A stretch of 64,000 bases of DNA. Source: Mytilus californianus. Taxonomy: Eukaryota. The notes beneath the pieces are model-generated. The model was not told the origin of the DNA. It did no database searches and saw only the letters and a program-made list of their open reading frames with translations. The DNA lies in the NCBI RefSeq assembly GCF_021869535.1, contig NW_026262593.1, forward strand, positions 28,954,001-29,018,000. Reading direction: 5' to 3'. The translations under genes were made by a program, and so were the position numbers. Position 1 is the stretch's first letter, and each line of letters begins with the position of its first letter. Below, in pieces: positions 25,862 through 35,368 of this stretch.

Positions 25862-27659
25862 CTGAAATTACAGTAAAATTTTCTTAGATCTGTAAAAATT
25901 CTGACATCCCAACTCTTCGGATCAGCTTAATCCTAAATTGAAACATGCTATGTAAGATGTTATCAAAGTTTTATGAACTTTAATTGGAACATGAAACCCC
26001 CTGATTTTTATTGCATATGTATTTCTGATGTATTGCATATTTTGAGTTTTTTTCTCTTGCTGATCTGTTTTAATTACCATGCTGCACATACAGGGCCTTT
26101 CAGTATTTTTATATATAGGGTGCTTTATAAATTTTCATTTTCATCATCATTTCTGTTCAGGAAGCGAGAAGATACTAGTGAACTTGATAGTAAAATACTT
26201 AAAATATCAAGATGTTCACTTGTGATAGGTCTGTAGAACATAACTCATTCGCTGTATATTATAGAATATTACAAGACTTTTTACCGTACTTAAGGCATAT
26301 TAACTGAGAGATAAGTATGACTAGAGACAATAACATACCAATAAATGCTTTACACTATCATTGTATGAAGAAAATTATACAACAACAGTTTTGAAGGCCA
26401 ACATAATTGAGTAATATTTTTTAAATGTTTATTATCTCCCCTTCCCAGATTTGTTGCATCATATTATGATGAAATAGACATATAAACTCTAGATTAAAAA
26501 ATATTGTTTCCATTTAAGTTTCTAGAGTTCCTATCCCATTTCTGCAACTGTTATAAGTTAAATCCTGCTTCTTATTCAAGCAAACCGCTCTTTTTAAATT
26601 GTACTTATATATTATACCTAAATAAAAATAAGGCTCGCCAATTGCAAGCCCCGAGTTCTTTCTAAGATGATTTTGTTATTGACGTACTCAGCTATATGTT
26701 TTTTACTCCGATCTTATCAGAAATCAATTCAAAAGTTTAGATATAAAAATTTGGTTTGACATGGTGCTTTTAGATATTATGAAAAGTGGTTTATCAAAAT
26801 TTCATTTATGCCAGGATGTTATATGAAAATTTCAGAGGAAATAATTGAGCTCACTTGTATTTATTTTCATCTGAAATTTGCAGAAAGACACATCATCTGA
26901 TGTAAGTTTATCATTTATTTGTATGTTATAAACCAGCAGCTCTAGTTTCTATCAAGTACACAAATTCACCCTTATACAAATTAATTTCTAATGTTGAAGG
27001 ACAATCTTCTGCTTTTCATTAAAATAGTCATACAATTTTCAGAATTCAAATGAAAATCTTTTTAAGGTATATTTTTTGTGTAAGTAGCAATCTTTGTCCA
27101 ACATTATAAGAAGGGGAGATAATAAACAAATTAATACAAAATAGGAAATTTCTTGACACATTCAAGTTTTTCCTTTCTTTTCCTTTCATTTGACATCAAA
27201 AGGCCTAATGCCTTTGCTCAATTGTTTTTTTCTTTAAATCAAAATAGCATAATTTTTTTTCTGAGGATTTTATGTGTTATATGTGTATATACATGTAGCA
27301 TGAAAGTCAATTATGGTAGCTACAAGTTTACATCAGCTAATTTTTCCTTTATTTCAATTTATTTTATCCATTGTCAATGTTGGTTGTTGTCACAAATCCC
27401 AAAACCCAACCAAAACATTCAAGTAAAATGATTTATTTATACATTTATGTTGAATTCTTAGTGTTGAATTTGTGTCACAAATGCTAACTTACATTAAGAT
27501 GTCAGTTATTTAAGTGATCAAACTAAACCAAAATTAACTAGATTTGATCAATAGAACTAACAATTGTTTATCTTATATCTTGAATATACATGTAACACCA
27601 ACATTTTGATATATTTTTACATTATTTAACACTGAAATTAGTAAACGTGTTGTTTTCAA

Positions 27660-27847
27660 TTTTATATGAATTTGGTTAAATATACTTACCAGGATTTACT
27701 ATTATAAATATAAAATATGTTCTGCGTTTTAGTATGTTGCCAATCGCAAAAACATCGAGGAGACCGAGATCTTTAAACATCCGGTATGTTATGAAATCTA
27801 CTCACTCGATTCAAGGTAAGTTCAGTTTTATTTTTTGCGTTCAATTG
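27660..27847 (+). repeat. DIRS left ITR
   Basis: Reverse complement of about 32939-33130 with scattered mismatches. The shared core includes CAATCGCAAAAACATCGAGGAGACCGAGATCTTTAAACATCCGGTATGTTATGAAATCTACTCACTCGATTCAAGGTAAGTTCAGTTTTATT. Confidence 0.95.
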
Positions 27848-27926
27848 AACGGATGTTCTCATCGTAATTTAATATATAACTAGTATAACTTGTCAAAGTT
27901 TTATAATTACATCGATTTTCAACTAT

Positions 27927-29534
27927 ATGGACCGGTCTTCTTTGTACGAAGACACGCAGGAAAGTATTACTATAAAACCTGTTTCACCAAAGTCTGCAAG
28001 CACAAGCAAAGAGCCGCTGAAAACAACAGGTAAAAAGAAAAAGGTGTCAAAATCGGAAAAAATGCAGTCCGAATATGACAGAAAACTCCAAAGTATGGAG
28101 GAGAACTTTAATTGCAAGTTAGACAAACTTTTTGGTTTGTTAGCATCAAACAATCAGAAAAGGGAATCATTGCTCAGATCTGATTGTGTGAATATGGGTA
28201 ACCTCCCGTCTGGGGAGAGTAGGCCATTAATTTCACTAGAACCAAACTTGGACCTAAATCTGGGGTCGCCAAGAGTTTCTAGAAACCAAGATTTTGATAA
28301 TAGATCAGAGATATCTATACATGTACACCAAACTGAAAGGCATGATTTAGATATGAGATCAGATTATGATAGTGGGTCTGGAGGTAGTCCAGTTAGACAA
28401 CCCAATGATGAATTTATTTTACAAAATGACAATGTAAATAATCGTAAATGTGAACGATTTATTAATCATGTGCAAAACTCAAATGAAGGTTTTCCCCTGA
28501 ATGAGAATGTTGAGTCTGAACAAGGGCAGGCAGTCAATAAGAATGTTAACTTTTTAGCCAAAATATTTAAAGAAGATATTGCTAAAGACAAATCTAGTCT
28601 TGGATTAGTGTTAGACCAGGCACAGGTACATATATTGGAAAATTCCTGGCGTTCTAAAAACCCAGAAAGAATTTCTGCTTACAAAGAGGAATACAAGAAT
28701 GTTTCCCCTATTCATGATAGTTCGGTCGAATTTTTGCAAGTTGCAAAATTAGACGACTTACTTGAACCCATGTTGAGACAGACACATGGTGAAAAGGCTG
28801 TAAAATCTTGGGACAATCACAGGCAACTGTATTCACAACCACTCAAACAGATAGAGAAATTGGGTTTTCAGGGGCAATTAAGTGCAAGAATGAACATTAT
28901 TTCTGTTCTCTATATGCAACAAGCTCTAGGTTCACTTTTACAAACTCTTGAGAGTGATGATTTTGAGAAAGATGAAGTTTGTCAAACTATTAAAGATGTT
29001 TTTGCCATGTCGACTAAAACACTTGACCAAGCAGGCCGTACAGGTGCCTTTTTACATTTGGTCCGTAGGCAAGCTGCAGCTCAGGATTCAGGCTTAACAG
29101 GGTTGAAAGATATGAGCAGTAAATGCCAATATCTACCGCTTACAAATGATGGGGTATTTGGCAAAGGGCTTGAAATAGCTTTGGAAAAGCGCAAAGAGCA
29201 AAAAGAACAACTCTCTGATCTTTTACCAGAATTCAGTAGAAAGAGAAAGTTTGAAAATAATGCTCGTGAAAAGGGAAACAATAAGGTTTCCAGGTATTCT
29301 AGTGTGTCAGGTGGGCAAAACATTAAGAACAATAATAATGTGAAATCAAATTCTAATGCTACTAGTACATTTCCCAACTATAGGAAACCTGCACAGAATT
29401 TTCAGAAAGACAAGACAGCATCAGCACCTAGACAGAGTGGACAAGATGCAAACAAGACCGGCTTTAAGTCTGGCAAGAGTGCTACACAGTCCTCATGGGG
29501 TTCTTTTCTGATCCCCAAGAGAAAGGATAGCTGA
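27927..29534 (+). CDS. DIRS ORF1, gag-like protein, 535 aa
   Basis: Uninterrupted ORF between the left ITR and RT, with a low-complexity basic C-terminus. The gag call rests on its position in a DIRS element, not on a recognised domain. Confidence 0.8.
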   Translation: MDRSSLYEDTQESITIKPVSPKSASTSKEPLKTTGKKKKVSKSEKMQSEYDRKLQSMEENFNCKLDKLFGLLASNNQKRESLLRSDCVNMGNLPSGESRPLISLEPNLDLNLGSPRVSRNQDFDNRSEISIHVHQTERHDLDMRSDYDSGSGGSPVRQPNDEFILQNDNVNNRKCERFINHVQNSNEGFPLNENVESEQGQAVNKNVNFLAKIFKEDIAKDKSSLGLVLDQAQVHILENSWRSKNPERISAYKEEYKNVSPIHDSSVEFLQVAKLDDLLEPMLRQTHGEKAVKSWDNHRQLYSQPLKQIEKLGFQGQLSARMNIISVLYMQQALGSLLQTLESDDFEKDEVCQTIKDVFAMSTKTLDQAGRTGAFLHLVRRQAAAQDSGLTGLKDMSSKCQYLPLTNDGVFGKGLEIALEKRKEQKEQLSDLLPEFSRKRKFENNAREKGNNKVSRYSSVSGGQNIKNNNNVKSNSNATSTFPNYRKPAQNFQKDKTASAPRQSGQDANKTGFKSGKSATQSSWGSFLIPKRKDS

Positions 29535-29553
29535 CTCAGAAGTAAGTTTTTTA

Positions 29554-31597
29554 ATGTTTCCAGAGATACCTGTAGGGGGTCGATTACAAAAATTCCTTCA
29601 AAATTGGGAGAAAATAACATCAGATCAGTGGGTTCTCTCAATTGTAAAAGAGGGATACAAACTAGAATTCATTCAAAAACCTCTTTGGACGGGGATAAGA
29701 AAGACATTTGTACAAAAAGACCATCTAGGTATTTTTATGCAAGAAATAAATGCTTTATTGGAAAAAGACGTAATAGAAAAGGTTCATTTTCCACATTATG
29801 TAAAAGGTTTTTACAGCACGTTATTTCTAGTCCCAAAGAAAAATGGGAAGTTAAGAATGGTGACAAATTTAAAACCCCTAAACAGTTATCTCAAGAAAAT
29901 TCATTTCAGAATGGACACTATGCCAAAAGTAATAAATTTAGTGAAACCAAACGATTGGGCAATATCTCTCGATCTATCGGATGCATATTTTCACGTCCCA
30001 ATTTATCAATTTCACAGACAATACATGAGGTTCTGTGTTCAAAACCAATGTTATCGATGGAAAGCAATGTGTTTTGGTCCAACTTGTGCACCACAAATTT
30101 TCACAAAAATTGTATCAGTGGTGGCAGCATATCTCAGAGCTCAGAATGTGAGAATGGTGGTATATTTGGACGATTGGATGATAATCAATCAAGAGAAAAT
30201 TCAATTATTAAAAGATCGAGAGAAATGTCTCAATCTGATAGTCTCACTAGGTTTCATAATAAACAAAGAGAAATCAAGTTTAATTCCAAGTCAATCAGTG
30301 ACTTACCTAGGGGGAGTTTTTTCATCTACAAAAGGGAATAGTAGTTCCTACATTAGAGAGAATTCAAAAATTACAAATGTTAATTCAGAACATGCAGAAT
30401 TGGAAGACAATAGCTTTCGATTTTCTTCGGATTCTTGGTGTGATGGCATCATGTATAGAGTTGATTCCAAATGCACGTCTATACATGAGACCAATACAAT
30501 TACACCTTTTAAGTTTTTGGAATCCAATTTGCAGAGATATGACATTGGAAATTCCATTTACTCAAAATCTAAAATACCATCTATTATGGTGGACAAATTC
30601 AGTGAACACGCTGAAAGGCCGATCTTTAGTATCTCCAATATCCACTGTTACAGTCACGACAGATGCTTCCAAAAGTGGTTTTGGGGGTTATGTTGGGAAT
30701 CAATTATTCCAAGGGGAATGGAGTCCACAACAGAAAGAGTGGCATATAAATTGCTTAGAAATGAAAGCAGTTTACTTGACAATGAAACATTTCATGAGTC
30801 TGTTAGAGAACAAGTGTGTTCTCATCAGAAGCGACAATACAAGTGTTGTCCAATATATCAATTGCCAGGGAGGGACAAAATCAACCAGTCTTTGTCTTTT
30901 AACTTGGGAATTATGGCAGATGGACATTCAGAACAAGATAGTTTTGAAGGCAGCACATATAATGGGCAAGAAAAATGTGTTGGCAGATCAATTAAGTCGA
31001 ATAAAAATACGACAAACAGAATGGACATTGAACAAGACAATTGTCAATCAAATATTTCATCATTGGGGTACTCCAGTGATAGATCTATTTGCGTCCTGGG
31101 AGAACAGACAGACAGAGGTTTTCTGTACATGGATTCCTCATCCCAATGCACTAGCTTTGGATGCATTAACAATTCCATGGGAGAACATGTTTGCCTATGT
31201 GTTCCCTCCAATTTGTCTGATTCCGAAGATATTAAGATATATGAGGCAGTTCCATTGTCAGATTATCTTAATAGCACCTCAGTGGCTAAGGAGACAATGG
31301 TATCCGGACATTCTAGTTATTGATAGCTCCTCCTATCAGAATTCCACAATGGGAGAATTTATTGACTCAGCCCAAAACCCAAATTTGCCATCCAATTCTC
31401 AAATGTTGAATTTAACTGCATGGCTCCTCTCGACAGAAACTTCAAAGCAGAAGGATTTTCTGAATCGGCTAGAAACTTGCTCAATGCATCTTGCGTGTCT
31501 TGGCGAAAGGGTACAAGAAAAGACTATATTACAAAATTCGAAAAGTACAATAGCTGGTGTGGTGAGAAACAAATTAATCCCTATAAAGCTACTTTAA
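29554..31597 (+). pseudogene. DIRS pol: reverse transcriptase, RNase H and DNA N6-adenine methyltransferase-like domain; 681 aa after repairing indels
   Basis: RT motifs SLDLSDAYFHVPI and YLDD (30163-30174). RNase H motifs TTDASKSGFGG, HINCLEMKAV and RSDNTSVVQYIN. MT motifs IDLFAS, DAL..PW and YVFPP. Broken by +T at 30317-30322 and by compensating -2/-1 deletions at about 31316 and 31395. Confidence 0.93.
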
Positions 31598-32420
31598 ATC
31601 AGGTTGCTGATTTTTTGGCTTATCTGTTTGAATTAGGTCTGCAGTACAGAACAATATCTGGGTATCGCTCTATGTTATCAGCGGTGTTACCACCAATTGA
31701 AAATTATCAGGTTGTCAACATCCTTATATTTCAAGGCTGATAAAAGGAGTTTTTCATTCTAGGCCTCCAAAGGTTAATTTATTACCTGAATGGGATTTAG
31801 AGATGGTTCTCAAAACTTTAGAGAATGAACCTTTTGAACCTTTATCTGATGCATCTTTAAAGTTTGTTACTTTTAAAACAGTTTTTCTCATTGCTATAAC
31901 AACTTTTAGAAGATGCAGTGATATACAAAGTCTTAGAATTGATAAAGAGTCTATGAGGGTTCAGGACAAAGGTATAACTTTCATTAGACATGGACTTTCA
32001 AAACAAGATAGGCAAAGTCATTTTGGAACAAAAATTCATGTACCTCATTTCGCAGAAAGAGAGTTTTTAGATCCAAAAAGGCCAATAACTATTTATTTGG
32101 ATAAAACCAAGGAAATAAGACAGAAGTTAGATGCATCTGACAAAGTCAAATTATTTTTAGCAATGAAAGAACCTCATAAACCTGTAACAGCAGTGACAAT
32201 TTCTAGTTGGATTGTCCAAACAATCAGGTCTGCTTATTCAAATGACAAATTAAAGGTCAAAGGTCATTCAACAAGAGCAATTGCTCCTAGTTGGGCTTTA
32301 TATAAGGGAGCTTCTACAAAATCAATTTTAGATGCGGCAGATTGGTCATCTGAATCAACTTTTGTAAGATTCTATTTACGAGATATAGATTCTGACAAAG
32401 TATTACAAAAGACTTGTTAA
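31420..32420 (+). pseudogene. DIRS tyrosine recombinase (C-terminal part of a much longer overlapping frame)
   Basis: N-terminal core-binding region WRKGTRKDY...FLAYLFELGLQYRTISGYRSMLS. Catalytic motifs TTFRRCSD (R), KGHSTR (HSTR at 32265-32276) and AADWSSESTFVRFY (W, Y). A 1-nt deletion at about 31714 splits it into the track ORFs 31420-31740 and 31803-32420. Confidence 0.93.
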
Positions 32421-32771
32421 TAGAACATATACCACAAAGAAATTATTGTATATAAAGATAAAAAAAGTTTTACATAATTTAATTTTATAAAATTGATATG
32501 ATATTGATACAATTTTATTTATGGACAAATGTATATAGTGCATGTATACAAAGTATTACATAATGTTTATTATATAAATTTTTCAGGATGATGACTAGTA
32601 GTATCCTGTAAATAGTTATTTTGTTTTTGGTGGAAGTTTTTTATTGGGCGACAGTATTTTACATTTTAATGGAACTGTATTTTGGTGTGTTTTCTTCTGA
32701 GGAATATTTCTTCATATCCAAGAAATTTATCCGCCACCTGCTAAGCACTGCTTGTTAATCAGTGAGTATTC

Positions 32772-32890
32772 TATATTTATAATAGTAAATCATGGTAAGT
32801 ATATTTAACCAAATTCATATAAAATGGTAATTTTTGTAATCTCAAGAAGAGATTTTATATGAATTTATAGGGTTAAATATACTTACCAGG
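32772..32890 (+). repeat. DIRS internal complementary region (ICR)
   Basis: 32772-32824 is the reverse complement of the left terminus (27660-27712, one mismatch). 32825-32890 is the reverse complement of the right terminus (about 33092-33157, one mismatch). The halves are joined through AAAA at 32821-32824. Confidence 0.95.
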
Positions 32891-32938
32891 AACCACCACC
32901 ACCCCGATATAAATTTCTTTTTGGTGTATATTGGTTAT

Positions 32939-33161
32939 CCAATTAAACGCCAAATAAAACTGAACTTACCTTGAATCGAGTGAGTAGATTTCATAACATA
33001 CCGGATGTTTAAAGATCTCGGTCTCCTCGATGTTTTTGCGATTGGGAACATACTAAAACGTGGAACGTATTCTATATCTATAATAGTAAATCCTGGTAAG
33101 TATATTTAACCCTATAAATTCATATAAAATCTCTTCTTGAGATTTCAAAAATTACCATTTT
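32939..33161 (-). repeat. DIRS right ITR plus right extension (rE, about 33131-33157)
   Basis: Inverted copy of the left ITR, followed by CTCTTCTTGAGATTTCAAAAATTACCA. This extension is absent from the left end but complementary to the ICR. Confidence 0.93.
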
Positions 33162-33214
33162 TTTCAGCATGATATGCCATTATTGTTCTTTATACATGTG
33201 TAAATGCATGTTAC

Positions 33215-33355
33215 CTTAGAGTTGGGTATTCTAACATCACACCATCGTCCATCAATCATATGCCTCTGTGTCATACATTTCACTTGTGATTCATAGTCAC
33301 CAAACCGAATGAAACCAAAGCCTTTTGATAGTCCACTTTTAGGATCTTTTTTCAC
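33215..33355 (-). CDS. TARDBP: TDP-43 coding exon 3 (rest of RRM1), 141 nt
   Basis: Acceptor TTCAG|GTG and donor AAG|GTAACA. Encodes [47 protein letters not shown], with RNP1 KGFGFIRF. Same 141-nt length as the human exon. Confidence 0.97.
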
Positions 33356-33873
33356 CTGAATAAAAAAATATAAATAGATTTATACACTTGAAACTTAAAA
33401 ATTAAGAATTCTGAATTCCAAAACTCACCAACTGTTCACAGCCCATAAACAGTTGCTCTTGTCCAGTCAACATTGTCTCTGGATATATTGTGTATACAAA
33501 AAAGTTCCCAAGTGTTTGGTTCTCAAGGCATATCATCTGTATGTTTGAAGGTGCTCCAACTGTAGGAGGACCATAATCACAGCATTTTAACATACAGATA
33601 TATAACATGGCAAAGGAAAAAATTATTCAAATGATTTCCTCATTAACTATTTTACAGTTTGTGATGTTGCTGTTTAATAATTTAACTGATTAAAGAGATA
33701 TTTCTGTTGTTGATTATATCTTTTTTAGTTTATGACATCACCATGATGATTTTGATCATCACTTTAACATGCTTACCCAAACTCCCAAATGGGATAAAAT
33801 ATAAATTAACTTTGCTTTTTTCAATTTTTTTATTATGGGGAAAATATTAAAAAGGGCAATTAATCAGTTTTAA

Positions 33874-34262
33874 GGATGTTCGCTCCTCATGTTTTTGATA
33901 TTTTGCCAGATATTCGGAATCCTCTGGTTTTATCCATGTAGTACCATTTTAAATTTCTCCCACTAACCTCAACTTTTCTTTTCATAATTTTATTTTATAT
34001 AGTTTAAAAAGCCATATTTGAAAATGCTATAAAATCCTAGTTATTTTTTCATAATTTTCGAAAGAAAAAGGGTGCCAATGTAAAATGTATGAAAAATCTA
34101 GAGAGAATTATTTCCCGCCAAATTTTCAATGGCTTATATCTCGAAAACAAGCACACGGACCATTCATTTTTTTCTGCTTTTTTAGTTCCTTTATTTATAT
34201 AATATCAATTTATAACAGTCTTTTAAAAAGCTTGTTATTTTGAAACAGAGTAGCGAACATCC
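33874..34262. mobile_element. 389-bp non-autonomous DNA transposon with a TTAA TSD (Kolobok-like GG...CC ends), in TARDBP intron 2
   Basis: TTAA|GGATGTTCGCT...AGCGAACATCC|TTAA. Confidence 0.8.
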
Positions 34263-35368
34263 TTAATATTCCCAAAAATGATATTAAAAAAAAAGGCAAA
34301 AGAAATCTGTACATCCCATTTGAATATGTTAAGTGCATTTAAAATTTCACCCACTGACATTTTCACTCAAATAAATTATCCAAATTTAACCATTCACACA
34401 TGATTAATTGCAAAAACTAGTCAAAACAATGTGCATTGTATAGTGTTAAATAATTCTTGTTTTGGGGGAAGCTTGCATGTTTTTTGCATCCATTGTGTTC
34501 TACAATGCACATGTACGTCCAATAATTTGGAATGCTTGATACAGTAAACAGTGTATATATTTTGCTGTCTGCAGTCTGTAGATGGGAAAAGTTATAGATT
34601 GTTCATGCTTTTAAAGATACATAGAAATCAAAAGTTATCTCCCTTGTTCCAAGAAGCTTTATCAATGTGGAAATGAACTGTACCAAACTTTTTAAGATAA
34701 CCTTAAAGACGATTTGGACCACATGGATGGAATTTTCTTACTAGCTTAGTCCACATTGGTATTCATGTCTACATGCTAGGGCGAGTGACACAGAATATAT
34801 GTACTGCAAATGTTTCACTGGATAACTTGTTCATGCTTTTTAATGTCTTGACATCATAAACACATGTGTAATCTACAGGTAATATAATTCAAAATGATAA
34901 AATCTATACTTATCATGTAAGCTACATTTGTACATTAAGTAAATATGTACATTATCAGAAAATATAAAAGTCATTCCTTTGAGCTTTATAAACAGGATGA
35001 AAAGCCAAGCTCTCCAATGCAAGCTTTTCTCCTGTTTCATAGCAAGTACAAATATATCAAATATTTTCTGAAAATATACATGTACATATATATGTATTGT
35101 TTTATCCTGAAATTAAATCTTTACCCTTTAATTTGTTTATAAATGTTTAGGAACATGCAACTTGGTTTAATTTGTACTTTCATATTTGCAACATATCCAA
35201 ATATAAGGACTTATAATATTTGAGAGATAGGCTGTGCTGACCTGTTTGTTTCAGATGATGTAGTTAATCCTTTAATTTACAATTCATACTTTTTTAAACA
35301 ATTACTCTATCATAAGCAAGATACAAACAACTGTTTGAAATTGACAGGTCGACCTAGTATTATGTTCC

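Larger units (their letters stand above)
27660..33161 (+). mobile_element. DIRS1-type tyrosine-recombinase retrotransposon, full length, in TARDBP intron 3, antisense to the host gene
   Basis: Has non-identical inverted terminal repeats, a right extension and an ICR complementary to both termini. TTTT lies at both junctions with no classical TSD. Encodes gag, RT-RNase H-methyltransferase and tyrosine recombinase. Confidence 0.97.

Noticed and set aside
30311-30326. Programmed ribosomal frameshift at GGA GTT TTT TCA
   Set aside because: It is not a canonical X XXY YYZ site and falls in the middle of the RT domain. Deleting one T repairs both overlapping frames at once, which points to an indel.
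29554-31323. 589-aa ORF as a single real protein
   Set aside because: It is a chimera created by the extra T at 30317-30322: RT up to GGVF, then the overprinted YR-frame sequence. RNase H and MT are in the next frame (30377-31597).
31437-31451. Splice acceptor (GCAG at 31447-31450) that would join the ITR ATG in frame to YR
   Set aside because: The phase fits, but the pyrimidine tract is poor and an upstream AG (31435-31436) in the wrong phase would be met first. Too weak to claim.
32587-32700. C/D-box snoRNA-like motifs (ATGATGA...CTGA)
   Set aside because: They are antisense to the host gene, lie inside the DIRS 3' spacer and have no convincing terminal stem or guide.
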